Source: an uncultured delta proteobacterium
Lineage (GTDB): Bacteria; Myxococcota_A; Polyangia; Polyangiales; Polyangiaceae
Assembly: GCA_963716725.1 (NCBI GenBank)
Contig: CAVQUB010000006.1
Location: 64,001-128,000, forward strand
Direction: 5' to 3'
Length of the DNA: 64,000 nucleotides
Position 1 is the stretch's first letter. The number at the start of each line of letters is the position of its first letter. Below the pieces are notes generated by a model that did not search any database, had not been told where the DNA came from, and saw nothing but the letters and a program-made list of their open reading frames with translations. The translations under genes were made by a program, and so were the position numbers. Below are positions 9,888 to 19,779 of the stretch, piece after piece.

Positions 9888-11180
9888 TTGATTCTCAGAG
9901 ATCCCGTCCACGGACTGGTCGAATTCGAGACGGACGAAGAAGACATCGTCGCCGCACTCCTCGAGGCCGGCGAAGTGCAACGCTTGCGCCGGATCCGCCA
10001 GCTCGGTCTCGCTTCCCTCGCCTACCCCGGCGCGGACCACACGCGGTTTTCGCACGCCATCGGCGCAGCGTTCGTGATGACTCGCTTCATTCGGCGCATG
10101 CGCCAGGTCCACGACGCGCTGCCCTTCTGGCAGCGTGTCACGACGGAGCGCGCGCGCGACGCCTTGGCCGCGGCGCTGCTGCACGACGTGGGCCACGGTC
10201 CGTTCTCGCACCTCTTCGAGGAGGCGCTGCCGAACGGACCGCGCCACGAGACCTGGACCAGCCGGATCATCCTGGATCCGGACACCGACGTGCACCGCAT
10301 CCTCACCCGCTACGACTCCACCCTGCCCGAGCGCGTGGCCGAGTTGGTCCACGGTCGGCACGAACTCACGTTCTTGGCCCGGGCAGTGAGCGGCACCTTC
10401 GACGTCGATCGCTGCGACTACTTGCTGCGCGACGCCTACTTCACCGGGGTCGGCTACGGATCCTTCGATCTCGACTGGCTCCTGCGCAGCCTCTGCCTGG
10501 GCGTGCCCGCCGCCGACGGGCAGCCGCCGCCCTTGGCCATCGACGGTGCCAAGGGCCTGCCCGCCATCGAGTCGTTCATCTTGGCGCGCCTGTTCATGTT
10601 CCAGCAGGTCTACTTTCACAAGACCTGTCGCGCGAGCGAGTGGTTGCTCGCGCGTATCCTCGGGCGCGTCCGCGAACTCTTGGTCGACGGGACCCGGCTC
10701 CCGATGGTGCCGCCCGCCGTCGCCAGCCTCGCGCGCGACGGCGACGCGCGCCTCGCCGAGTATCTGTCCCTCGACGACGCGCTGCTCTGGACGTCGATCT
10801 CGGAGTGGCGGAGCGCGGCCGATCCCATCCTGCGCGACTTGTGTCAGCGCTTGGTCGCGCGGCAACTCTTCAAGACCTACGAGCTGTACGCAGGCGACGC
10901 CGAACCGGAGAACCGTCGCGAGCTGCTCGAACGCGCGCGCGACGTTGCCCGCGCGGCGGGCTTCGATCCCGAGGTCTACGTGGGCCTCGACTGCGCGTCG
11001 GATCTGCCCTTCGACGACTCGGACGGATCGCTCTCGGTGATCTTCCCGACCGGAGCGCCACGGCGACCCGGCGACGTCTCTTATTTGCTCGGACGCCTGC
11101 GCGGACAGCGTATGGCGAGGGTGCGGCTGGTCTTCGCGGAGGAACTGCGCGAGGCCATCGAACGCGCCGTGGGGAGCTGA
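9888..11180 (+). CDS. HD-domain phosphohydrolase (SAMHD1/YdhJ-like dNTPase family)
   Basis: RDPVHG, QRLRRIRQLG, HTRFSH, LLHDVGHGPFSH, DVDRCDYLLRD, VYFHK; GGAGG SD before TTG. Confidence 0.9.
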   Translation: MILRDPVHGLVEFETDEEDIVAALLEAGEVQRLRRIRQLGLASLAYPGADHTRFSHAIGAAFVMTRFIRRMRQVHDALPFWQRVTTERARDALAAALLHDVGHGPFSHLFEEALPNGPRHETWTSRIILDPDTDVHRILTRYDSTLPERVAELVHGRHELTFLARAVSGTFDVDRCDYLLRDAYFTGVGYGSFDLDWLLRSLCLGVPAADGQPPPLAIDGAKGLPAIESFILARLFMFQQVYFHKTCRASEWLLARILGRVRELLVDGTRLPMVPPAVASLARDGDARLAEYLSLDDALLWTSISEWRSAADPILRDLCQRLVARQLFKTYELYAGDAEPENRRELLERARDVARAAGFDPEVYVGLDCASDLPFDDSDGSLSVIFPTGAPRRPGDVSYLLGRLRGQRMARVRLVFAEELREAIERAVGS

Positions 11181-11181
11181 C

Positions 11182-11835
11182 ATGCGGTCCGTCGGCGCCG
11201 CGCTGCTCGTGCTCGTGCCCGCCGCGAGCGCCGCCGAACCCACGCGCTGGGAACCCGGCGAGCCCACGACGTCGACCCTGAAGGGCGAGGTCGCCGAGTC
11301 GAACCGGAGCCGCGGCGACGGCGTTTACGGGCGTTTCGATGGCGATCTCGATTCGGGCGTGGGCCTCGGCGTCGCGACCCTGTCGGAGCAGGCCCTCGGC
11401 GCAGCACGGCTGTCCCTCCACTACCACTCGACCCTCGGGGTGTACGCCGGCTACGCGGACGCCCTCGGTCGGCGCGGCGAGACCGAGCGCTTCGCCGACC
11501 TCGGCGTGGACCTCCGGCCTTTGTTCCTCCTGCGTTGGCCCCTCGACGCCGAGCAGGGTCCCGCGGCCTTGGATCTGATCATCGACTCGCTCTCGGTCGG
11601 CGCGGGCGCCTTCTTCGCTCAGCCCGCGGGCTCGGATTTCGGATCGGCACGCGGCCCCGCGCTGTCGCTCGGGCTCGGCGCGCCCTTGATCGGCAAAGCG
11701 GCCGGCCCCTGGCTCGAGGCCCGCTACTTCTTGCGCTGGGCGAATCCGGGCGGCGGCGACGCCGAGAGCACGGACCACGCCGCGCTGCTCGTGCTCTCGT
11801 GGCACGCGCTCTTCCTCAGCGGCCTCGGCGGCTGA
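11182..11835 (+). CDS. Secreted/outer-membrane hypothetical protein
   Basis: 217 aa with signal peptide and amphipathic beta-strand pattern; starts 1 nt after the HD gene stop. Confidence 0.65.
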   Translation: MRSVGAALLVLVPAASAAEPTRWEPGEPTTSTLKGEVAESNRSRGDGVYGRFDGDLDSGVGLGVATLSEQALGAARLSLHYHSTLGVYAGYADALGRRGETERFADLGVDLRPLFLLRWPLDAEQGPAALDLIIDSLSVGAGAFFAQPAGSDFGSARGPALSLGLGAPLIGKAAGPWLEARYFLRWANPGGGDAESTDHAALLVLSWHALFLSGLGG

Positions 11836-12955
11836 GATCGCGCTCGCGAGCCACGTGTTCAACGACGGCTGCACGTTCGCGCTGAACGTAGTCCCGCACG
11901 GCGAGATCCAAGCGTCGGTCCGCCAAGAAATGGGCGCTGTGGGTGAGGGTGGGCAAGAAGCCCCGCGCCGCCTTGTGCTCGCCGCCGGCACCGGGCTCGA
12001 AGCGCGCGAGCCCGCGCGCGATGCACTCGTCGATGCCGCGGTAGTAGCAGACCTCGAAGTGCAAGAAGCGGCGCTCCTGGTGCGCTCCCCAGTAGCGACC
12101 GTAGAGCGTGTCGTCGCCGAGCAAGTTGAACGCTCCCGCGATGGGCACGCCGCTCGCCTCGCTGGCCAGCACCACGTGCACGCGGTCGCCCAACTTCGCG
12201 CAGACTTCGTGGAAGAAGTCGCGGTTCAAGTAGCGTCGACCCCAGACGAACTTGTCGACAGTGGTCAGATACAGCTCGTAGACGGCGTCGATGCGCGCGG
12301 GCGATAGGTCCTTGCCCAGCAGCGACTCGAAGACGAGGCCCTCACTGGCGGCCTCCCGGCGTTCGCGGCGGAGCTGATGGCGCTTCTTCGAAGAGAAGCC
12401 GCCCAAGAAGTCGTCGAAGCTGGCGTAGCCGGCGTTCTCCCAGTGAAACTGCAGGCCCGCGCGACGTGCCATGCCAGCAGCTTCGAGCAGGTCGGCCTCG
12501 TCGCCCGGCGGAAACAGCACGTGGGCGCTCGAAGCGCCGATGCGTTCGGTCAGCGCCCCGAGCCCCTGGGCAAACGCGCGCGTGACGAGCTCGCGGTCGG
12601 CGCCCGCCGAGACGAGCAAGCGTGGTCCGGTGGCCGGCGTGAACGGAACAGCAACCACGATCTTCGGGTAGTAGTCGATGCCCAGACGGCCCTCGGCGTG
12701 ACTGGCCCAAGCGTGATCGAAGACGAACTCGCCCTCGCTGTTGCCTTTCACATAAACCGGCGCCGCCGCGACGACGCGTCCTGCGTCCTCGATCGTCACG
12801 TGCATCGGCAACCACCCGCGCTCCGGTCCCACGCACCCGGTTGTCTCCAGGGCGTCGAGCCAGGAAAACGAGAGCATTGGCGACCCGGAGCCGCCGAGCC
12901 CATTCCAGATCTGCTCGCCAACGTCGCGGATCGATTCGTGTGTCCTGAGCTCCAC
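11816..12955 (-). CDS. GNAT-fold FemAB-like protein (DUF482 family)
   Basis: NSEGEFVFDHAWA, YYPK..AVPFTPATGPR, LYGRYWG, HFEVCYY, GAGGEHKAARGF; GTG start 12955 is inferred. Confidence 0.88.
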   Translation of the reverse strand: MELRTHESIRDVGEQIWNGLGGSGSPMLSFSWLDALETTGCVGPERGWLPMHVTIEDAGRVVAAAPVYVKGNSEGEFVFDHAWASHAEGRLGIDYYPKIVVAVPFTPATGPRLLVSAGADRELVTRAFAQGLGALTERIGASSAHVLFPPGDEADLLEAAGMARRAGLQFHWENAGYASFDDFLGGFSSKKRHQLRRERREAASEGLVFESLLGKDLSPARIDAVYELYLTTVDKFVWGRRYLNRDFFHEVCAKLGDRVHVVLASEASGVPIAGAFNLLGDDTLYGRYWGAHQERRFLHFEVCYYRGIDECIARGLARFEPGAGGEHKAARGFLPTLTHSAHFLADRRLDLAVRDYVQRERAAVVEHVARERDLSRRGR

Positions 12956-13065
12956 GCTGGCCGGAGCATAGTGACCGAGCCGCGGATCCGCCCCTGGGGA
13001 AGGCTCGGATCCCCGCAGGCGTAGATGGATTCGGGATGATCCGCCCCACCTGCTATTCTGCCCCC

Positions 13066-14166
13066 ATGACCCGCCGCCGCCCGCTTCGCGCGTTTGCCCT
13101 GGTGCTCTGCTGCTTCGGAGCAGCCACCCTCGGCTGTGAGCTCGAGAGCGGGAACTCTCGCCCGCAGTACCCCCAGCAACCTGGGTACTACGGGGGCTAC
13201 CCGCCCGGGCAGCAGCCCCCGCCGGGCTACGGGCAACCCGGATACGGGCAGCAGCCCCCGCCCGGGTATCCGCCGCAGCAGCCGGGACAGCCGCCTGCAC
13301 CCGGCCCGGCGCCGACGAACCCCGCGCAGCCGCCGCTCCCGCCAGTCGCCTACGATCCGATCAACGCCACCGACGTGATGTTTCTCCGCGGGCGCGCCCA
13401 GGCGGTCATCCAAGAGCTCACCGCCGCCCTCGAGCCGGCGAACGCGCAGAAGGTCTCCGGCATCCCGCTGATCGTCGACGACCGCGTGGGCGAGGTGAAC
13501 GCCTTCGCCGCCTGCACCAAGGGCGGCAAGAGCGTGATGGCGATCAGCGACGGGCTGCTCGACATCGAAGCGCACCTGGCCCGGTGCAAAGCGACCGACG
13601 AGGTCTTTGGCACGCAGAAGACCGGTCAGTACATCCAGCTCATCGCCAAGAACCAGAAGCCGGGCCAGCCGATCATCCGACCCGCGGCGGGTTTCTTCGA
13701 TCCCGGGCAAGACGCCGACGGCCGCAAGGTCAAGCGGCAGCACGAGCTCTTGGACGAACAAGTCGGCTTCGTGCTCGGCCACGAGTTGGCCCACCACTAT
13801 CTCGGTCACCTGCCCTGCACTGCGACAGGTGGCGGCGTCACCGCCGCCGAGGTGAGTCACGTGCTCTCGAGCGTGGTCCCGTTCTTCAATCAACCGAACG
13901 AGCTGGGCGCCGACGTCTCGGGCACCAACAACGTGCTGGCCGCCGGCAAGCGCCGCGCGCCCGCCTACCACTGGACCGAGGGCGGCGGCCTGCTCACCAT
14001 GCAGTTCTTCGCCGGCCTCGACTCCATGTCGCCCATCGACATCGTGTTCGGCTTCGAACGATCCCACCCGCCGCCGCAGATCCGCACGCCCGTGATCCAA
14101 CAGACGGCGTCCCAGTGGCGATCGAGCGGCGGGCAGGGCTGGAAGATCCCCGGGCTGCCGTTCTGA
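13066..14166 (+). CDS. M48-family zinc metallopeptidase lipoprotein with Pro/Gln/Gly/Tyr-rich N-terminus
   Basis: Lipobox LGC, VNAFA, VLGHELAHH (HEXXH), ELGAD, SHP. Confidence 0.85.
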   Translation: MTRRRPLRAFALVLCCFGAATLGCELESGNSRPQYPQQPGYYGGYPPGQQPPPGYGQPGYGQQPPPGYPPQQPGQPPAPGPAPTNPAQPPLPPVAYDPINATDVMFLRGRAQAVIQELTAALEPANAQKVSGIPLIVDDRVGEVNAFAACTKGGKSVMAISDGLLDIEAHLARCKATDEVFGTQKTGQYIQLIAKNQKPGQPIIRPAAGFFDPGQDADGRKVKRQHELLDEQVGFVLGHELAHHYLGHLPCTATGGGVTAAEVSHVLSSVVPFFNQPNELGADVSGTNNVLAAGKRRAPAYHWTEGGGLLTMQFFAGLDSMSPIDIVFGFERSHPPPQIRTPVIQQTASQWRSSGGQGWKIPGLPF

Positions 14167-14282
14167 ACCGCGGCAGCGGCCGCAGCTCGGCGGTAGTCGC
14201 GCGGGAGGCTGACCCCAGCTGGCAGCGGCGGCTCGTCACGACACATCGGCGCCGCGTGCCGGACCGAAAGACGCTCGCCGGA

Positions 14283-15974
14283 TCAGTCCGCGCGGTGCTC
14301 GATTTCCGGAGGAGCCTTGAAGAAGCGGTTCTTCTCCGGGTCGTTGTAGCGCTCGTAGTCGATGGTGAGCGGCGTGATCTTGCCCTGGCCGTCCTTGAAC
14401 CGGATCGTCATCGCCATGGGCACCACGCTGCGGTAGCTGCTGTCCGCGGGCAGGTCGTCGTTGGTGGCTCCGCCGGCCGAAAATAGCGTGATCAGCAACT
14501 GATTGTCGTCGTCGTATACGCGCTGGAAGCCGGCATCCACCTTCTCGTGCCCGCGGATCAGGGTGTGGCAGCCGATGCGCTGCAAGAACGCCTGGCACTG
14601 CAGCCGCCCGAAGGGAAAGCGCGCCGACTGCTTCTGAAGCGACGCGGGGATCACGTCTGCGCTCGAGGGATCGCTCCACATCATCTCGAAGCGGATGTCC
14701 CAGTCGTTGAGGCTGGACAGGTCCTTGTACTTTTCCTTCAGCGTGAGGTCCCGAGGGATGCCGCCGTGCACGAACATGAAGCGTTCGAAGAAGAACATGT
14801 TCGGCAGAGAGTCGAAGAACTTCATGTAGTGGGCGAACACCTCGTGGGACAGATGGGGCTTCAGCGTGCTCATCGCTTCCGACGGCCGAACGGCGCCGTA
14901 CACCTTGCCTTCGTGCTCCACGTAGTACTCGTGATTGCCGCGCAGCATGATCACGTGTTCCGGTGCCGTCGCGAACAGCTGCATCGCCGAGCGCAGCACG
15001 CCTTGGTAACTGAACATACCGCGGTCGATGTAGTCACCGAGCAGCACCAGCTTGGGGTTCGGGTTATTCGCCGGATCGTTCTGGTACTTGCCGACCTTCT
15101 CGAAGAAGTCGGTCTGCATCAGCACGGCCTTCAAGCAGCTGTAGCAGCCGTGCAAATCGCCCACGACGATCAGCTCGTGGTCTTGCCCGGGTTTGGTCGG
15201 GCACACGTACACGTGGCCATCCAGAAACGGGTCTTGCCCCGCAAACTCCGTGATTTTCTGTTTGCCAGCCAGACGCATGGTCGCCGCGGCCCGCTGGGCG
15301 TCGAGCACGCCCATGACCTGGTCCATCAGCGCCTCGTCCGCGTGAACCTGCTGCATCAAGCGTTGCTTGTCGGCCGTGTAGTTGTGCTCGAACTGATCGA
15401 AGAAGGGATGGTTTTCCGTGACCGGAACCGGCGAATCAGTGGAATCGATCGCGACCGGTGGCCGTTCCGTGGGGTCCTCGATCAGCTGCACGCCCAGGTC
15501 CTCTTCCAAGAGATCCGCCAGCTCGCCACGAAACTTGGCTTCCGCCGGGTGCACCTGGCCGTCAGCCCGGATCAGCTCCTCTATCGTGTCCATCAGCTGC
15601 TCTTGGTTCGACGCGTCGAAACCCTTGAATATCTCGAAGCAATGCAGCTTGAGCTTGGCCTGCACGAAGTCATCTTGCTTTTCGCCCGCCGCGACGGCTT
15701 CGTCGAAGAGCGCCTTCACTTGGTGATCGATGCCCTCGAACACCTCGTGAAAGTGCTTCGTGAACTTGATCGTGAGCTCCTGTCTGAGAGCAACGTCCTC
15801 GGCGGGCACGGCGCTTTCCACGCGGCGGGCAACGAGCTTCGCGACGTAGTCGCGGACGAAGTGCTTCTCGGACGCATCGAAGTCCCCATCGATGTATCCG
15901 AAGGTCGTCAGGTAGAAGATCACCGCGCGCATCTGCTTGTCGGCGGTGGGCCCATCCTTGCTGAAAGTGAGCAT
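14283..15974 (-). CDS. PPP-family Ser/Thr phosphatase with an N-terminal TerB-like domain
   Basis: GDLHG, GDYIDRG, LRGNHE, HGG, WSDP, RGHE, TLFSA; N-terminal IDGDFDASE and ADGQVHPAE TerB-type motifs. Confidence 0.85.
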   Translation of the reverse strand: MLTFSKDGPTADKQMRAVIFYLTTFGYIDGDFDASEKHFVRDYVAKLVARRVESAVPAEDVALRQELTIKFTKHFHEVFEGIDHQVKALFDEAVAAGEKQDDFVQAKLKLHCFEIFKGFDASNQEQLMDTIEELIRADGQVHPAEAKFRGELADLLEEDLGVQLIEDPTERPPVAIDSTDSPVPVTENHPFFDQFEHNYTADKQRLMQQVHADEALMDQVMGVLDAQRAAATMRLAGKQKITEFAGQDPFLDGHVYVCPTKPGQDHELIVVGDLHGCYSCLKAVLMQTDFFEKVGKYQNDPANNPNPKLVLLGDYIDRGMFSYQGVLRSAMQLFATAPEHVIMLRGNHEYYVEHEGKVYGAVRPSEAMSTLKPHLSHEVFAHYMKFFDSLPNMFFFERFMFVHGGIPRDLTLKEKYKDLSSLNDWDIRFEMMWSDPSSADVIPASLQKQSARFPFGRLQCQAFLQRIGCHTLIRGHEKVDAGFQRVYDDDNQLLITLFSAGGATNDDLPADSSYRSVVPMAMTIRFKDGQGKITPLTIDYERYNDPEKNRFFKAPPEIEHRAD

Positions 15975-16125
15975 CGCCCCCAAAGATAGCCTCTCGGCGT
16001 CGTCAACCCGAGGCCCATGGAAGTTCGCGACAAAATCCCAGCATTGCAGCCGGTATCCAGGTGCTGCCGCCTCTCGAACTCCGGCTCCTTGACCTGCCCA
16101 CCCTCGCAGCCGACCCTCGACACCG

Positions 16126-17148
16126 GTGAGCGACAAGAGCGAGGAGCCCACACCCCGGCGCTTGCGCCAGGCGCGCGAGCGAGGCGACAGCCCGATCTCG
16201 CAGTCGCTGACCCAGGGCGTCGCGTTCGTGGTGGCCGTCGCCATCGCGCCGGCGGCCATCGCCGCGACCTTGGCGCGCGCCGCCACGCTCCTGCCCCGCG
16301 CCATCGAGAATCCGACCACGCCCTTCTCCCCGATCGCGATCGCGCTCGACGTGGTGAGCCTGTCGCTGCCCATCGTTGCGGCAGCGGCATTGGCCGCAGG
16401 CGTGACGGCGCTGGTTCAGAGCGGCGGCGTCGTGGCGTGGAAGAAGCTCGGCCCAGATTTCTCCAAATTGAATCCCGCCTCGGGCATCAAGTCCCTCGTC
16501 TCCCGGGAGCGCCTATTCAGCGTCGCGCGCGCCCTGATCGCCGCCCTGGTCGTGGCTTACCTCGCCTCCAAGCTGTTGTTCAGCTTTGCGCCCGACATGG
16601 CGGCGAGCACCGGCGAGCCCGCCAAGGGCACCGTCGTCGCGGGTCACCTGCTCGAGAAACTGGGCTGGATAGCCGCGCTGGTGGGCCTCGCTTTGGCGGG
16701 AGTGGACGTGCTGGTGGTGCGGCAGTCGTGGATCCGCCGCAACCGGATGAGCAAGGACGAGGTCAAGCGCGAATACAAAGAGAGCGAGGGCGATCCCGAG
16801 CTGAAGGCGGCGCGGCACCGCGCGCACCAGGAGATGTTGGCCAGCGCCACTGTCGCGGCCGTGCGCACCGCCACCGTCGTGATCGTGAACCCCACGCACC
16901 TCGCAGCCGCGCTGCACTACGAAGAAGACGGCGAGGGCGCGCCGCGGATCGTGGCGCAGGGCCAAGGCGATCTCGCGCGGCGCATGGTCGAGGCAGCCCA
17001 CGCCTACGGCGTGCCCGTGGTCCGCGACGTACCCATCGCGCGGGCGCTCGCCGATCTCGAGATCGGCGACGAAATCCCCGAGGCGCTGTACGAAGCGGTC
17101 GCGGAAATCTTGCGGGAAGCCTGGGCCGAGAGCGACCAGCAGAAATGA
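16126..17148 (+). CDS. sctU: FlhB/EscU/YscU-family type III export apparatus switch protein
   Basis: KSEEPTPRRLRQARERG, four TM segments, MSKDEVKREYKESEGDP, NPTH autocleavage motif, PIARAL, IPEALYEAVAEIL. Confidence 0.92.
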   Translation: MSDKSEEPTPRRLRQARERGDSPISQSLTQGVAFVVAVAIAPAAIAATLARAATLLPRAIENPTTPFSPIAIALDVVSLSLPIVAAAALAAGVTALVQSGGVVAWKKLGPDFSKLNPASGIKSLVSRERLFSVARALIAALVVAYLASKLLFSFAPDMAASTGEPAKGTVVAGHLLEKLGWIAALVGLALAGVDVLVVRQSWIRRNRMSKDEVKREYKESEGDPELKAARHRAHQEMLASATVAAVRTATVVIVNPTHLAAALHYEEDGEGAPRIVAQGQGDLARRMVEAAHAYGVPVVRDVPIARALADLEIGDEIPEALYEAVAEILREAWAESDQQK

Positions 17149-17164
17149 CGGCACCAAGCGTCGG

Positions 17165-17859
17165 TCACTTGCAGATCGCGGCCGTGACTTGCTCCCGCAC
17201 GGCGTGGAACGCCTGATGAGCAGGCGCTTCGCGGTTCACCGAGCATCCGAAGGCAGTGCCCGCATAGGAGCCGCGGATCGAGACCGAAGGCATGCCGCGT
17301 TTTGTCGGGCCCTTGGTGCAAGCGCCGGCCGACACCACACCGCGTCCCGACTCGACGAGCTTTTTGTGAAGTGCAGGCGGCACACGCCCTCGGCAGACGA
17401 AGGCGCCGCCCACGGGACCGAGGAGCGGGTCGCCATTCGACTCGTCATGGCGGTACTCGCCCTGTCCGAGCTCGTCGACTTCGAGCCGCGATGACGTCGA
17501 GGGGTGCTTCCCCATCCGCAGCAGGTGAAACGACCAGCGGATCGACATGGCGGGCTTTGGAGGAGGCGCGAGAGGCAACTCGGGCGCGGCGGACGCACTC
17601 GGCGCGGCAGGCGCACCCGGCGCGGCGGAGGCAGTCGGCGGGCAGACGCACCCGGCGCGGCGGAGGCAGTCGGCTGGGCAGACGCACTCGGCGCGGCAGA
17701 CGCGCTGGGTTGGATGGCAGCCGTCGACGCGGCGGGGACCGGGGGCCGAGCCGTCTCGTCGGTCGGTGTCCGGAGAGCCGGCGACGGCTCCGCGCATGCG
17801 CCGACTAGGGCTGCGGCCAGGAGCACCGACACCGCATCCCAACGACGAATACCAGTCAT
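17165..17859 (-). CDS. Lipoprotein with Pro/Ala/Ser tandem-repeat linker; 1-nt deletion near 17640
   Basis: MTGIRRWDAVSVLLAAALVGAC lipobox. One repeat unit reads gcagtcggc-gggcagacg versus gcagtcggctgggcagacg, which explains the frame jump. Confidence 0.65.
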
Positions 17860-18183
17860 CGCAGGCTCGCGAAGTTCCAACTCTGCGCTGCCGACGGCCG
17901 CGACTGCAAGCGACCGAAGTAGGGCTCGACGGCGCTCGGGTCGATGCCCTCCTTCAGCAGACGCGCCGCCAGCACGCCGAGCTTGAAGCGCAGGGTCTCC
18001 TGATGCAGCAAAAAGTACTCCGGCCCAAGGGTGCCCGCTCGGCTCACGGCGCACTCCACCAAGCGAGCCTCCGTAGTCTCCCCGAAGGCGGCGAGCCAGA
18101 ACAGGTAGCTCCGCCGCGACCCAGCGCACCCTTCCGCTGCGGTCTTGATCGCCAAACGCATGCAGTGTGATCGATTCGGTCAA
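17856..18183 (-). pseudogene. Glutathione S-transferase remnant with internal deletions
   Basis: N-terminal MTESITLHAFGDQDRSGRVRWVAAEL joins out of frame to YLFWLAAFGE...PYFGRLQSRPSA; the thioredoxin-like core is missing. Confidence 0.6.
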
Positions 18184-19011
18184 TGCGTCCTCTTCTTGGC
18201 CGCCGCCTTGCCCGGACCCGCGAGGACCGCCGGGGGAGCGCGGAATCCACGCCGCGCGAGCGCTATGTTGAGCACGATCTGGTTGATGATCAGCACCAGG
18301 TTACCGCCGACCACTGCGTAGGGCGTCCAGCTGGGCTCGTAGCATGCCGCCAAGAACGCCGTCGCAAAACCAACGGCGCTGACCGTGCCCCAGGGGTCCA
18401 TCAGCGTCGCCATGCCGCTGGCGAAGAGCGCGCACACCAACAAGAAGCCGATGACGACTGTGCGCATGTCCAAGCCAAGCCAGCTTGCGCCCAAGCACCA
18501 GACGATGGTCGCCGCCATGCCCGCCGCGATGATGGAAATGCTCGTGCGGTTGATGCGGTTTTCGAGCATCTGTCGCCCGCGGGTGGCGACGACGGTGAGT
18601 CCGACCAGCGAGAAACCGACCGTGAATGCGATCGATGTTGGGGTGCTCGAGGCGACCGGTGATCCGGGCCTCGCGCAGCAGCCGGTCGATGTCCGCCTGC
18701 GTGCAACGCTCGGGACGCAGCGCCTTGACGGCGACCGCCCGATCCAGCGCCAGTTGCCTGCCAGAACGCACGACGGCCATGCCGCCGCGCCCCAGGGTCT
18801 CTCCCACGTCGACCTGGCGAAAGCCGCTGGGGCTGGGTCCTGCGTCGGGGCGGCACCGAAGCGCGGGTCGGGCGTCGGACTGTTCCGTCACGACGGCAGC
18901 GTCCACGTCGAGTGGAAGCTCTTCCTTCCGGTCGAGCCGGGTCTCGATCGCCTGTTCCGGGTCGAGCTGACCCGGAAGGCGTTCCTTCAGTCGAGGTGCG
19001 TCCCCGGACAT
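18180..19011 (-). pseudogene. Membrane Ser/Thr kinase remnant lacking the catalytic C-lobe
   Basis: LGRGGMAVV, VAVK, REARITGRLEHPNI, then an abrupt out-of-frame jump (about 18630) into a multi-TM C-terminus; no HRD or DFG. Confidence 0.75.
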
Positions 19012-19197
19012 TCGGCTAGCGGCTCCCGATCTTCGATCAGTCCCAGAGTACCAGATCATCGACGGCGACCGGGCACGCCTGCGCAAAGTGCGGCGGCTTC
19101 CGGCCGCAGCGGCGCCTGCACCTCGCCTGCACCGTATCTCCACGTTTTTCCACGCCGGCCCCGAATGCCCTGCACTTTCGGCGCGTAGCGTCGAGCG

Positions 19198-19779
19198 ATG
19201 ACGACTTCGACGATGGACCACGGGCCGAGCGTTGCTGCGCGCGGCACACAGGACTCACCTTTGGCAACGGGCTTGCAGGGTGTTGCACTCGCGGCCGTAT
19301 TTGGGCTGGCGATAGGCGCGCGATACGGGGCGCTGTCGATGGCGATCCACGCCGTGGGCGTGCCCTTGGGCATGCTCGCGGCGGTGGGGCTCTCGGCGCC
19401 TGCGGCCGCCATCGCCTTCTCGCATTTCGACTTACCCGTGGACCTCGTAGCGCTCTGGCGTGGCGCAGCGGACGCCCTGCAGACGAGCGGCCGCTTGCTC
19501 TCCGGATTTGCGCCCGGTGCGCTGCTGGTCACGGTGACCTGCGAAACGCCGTTGGGTGCAGCAGCGGCGGCCATCGCGGGACTCGCGCTGGCAAGCGTGC
19601 TCGGCGCGCGCCGACTCTGGAGTGCCCTTGGCGCAGCGCGCCAAACCGAACTGGGCACGGTGTGGAGCTACTGCATGCTGCTGGGGCTATTGCTCGTGGC
19701 GGGATTGATCGCCGCGCGCGCGTGGTGGCTGCTTTTGCCCATGCTCGGCGGTCCGCTGGCCACGGGGGGTGCAACGTGA
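19198..19779 (+). CDS. Multi-pass membrane protein (Yip1-like; apparent paralog of the next gene)
   Basis: 193 aa, about five hydrophobic segments, GTGA-coupled to the next gene. Confidence 0.65.
   Translation: MTTSTMDHGPSVAARGTQDSPLATGLQGVALAAVFGLAIGARYGALSMAIHAVGVPLGMLAAVGLSAPAAAIAFSHFDLPVDLVALWRGAADALQTSGRLLSGFAPGALLVTVTCETPLGAAAAAIAGLALASVLGARRLWSALGAARQTELGTVWSYCMLLGLLLVAGLIAARAWWLLLPMLGGPLATGGAT

Noticed and set aside
16126..17148. Evidence for a flagellum
   Set aside because: No other flagellar gene is in the window; one export-gate gene is insufficient.
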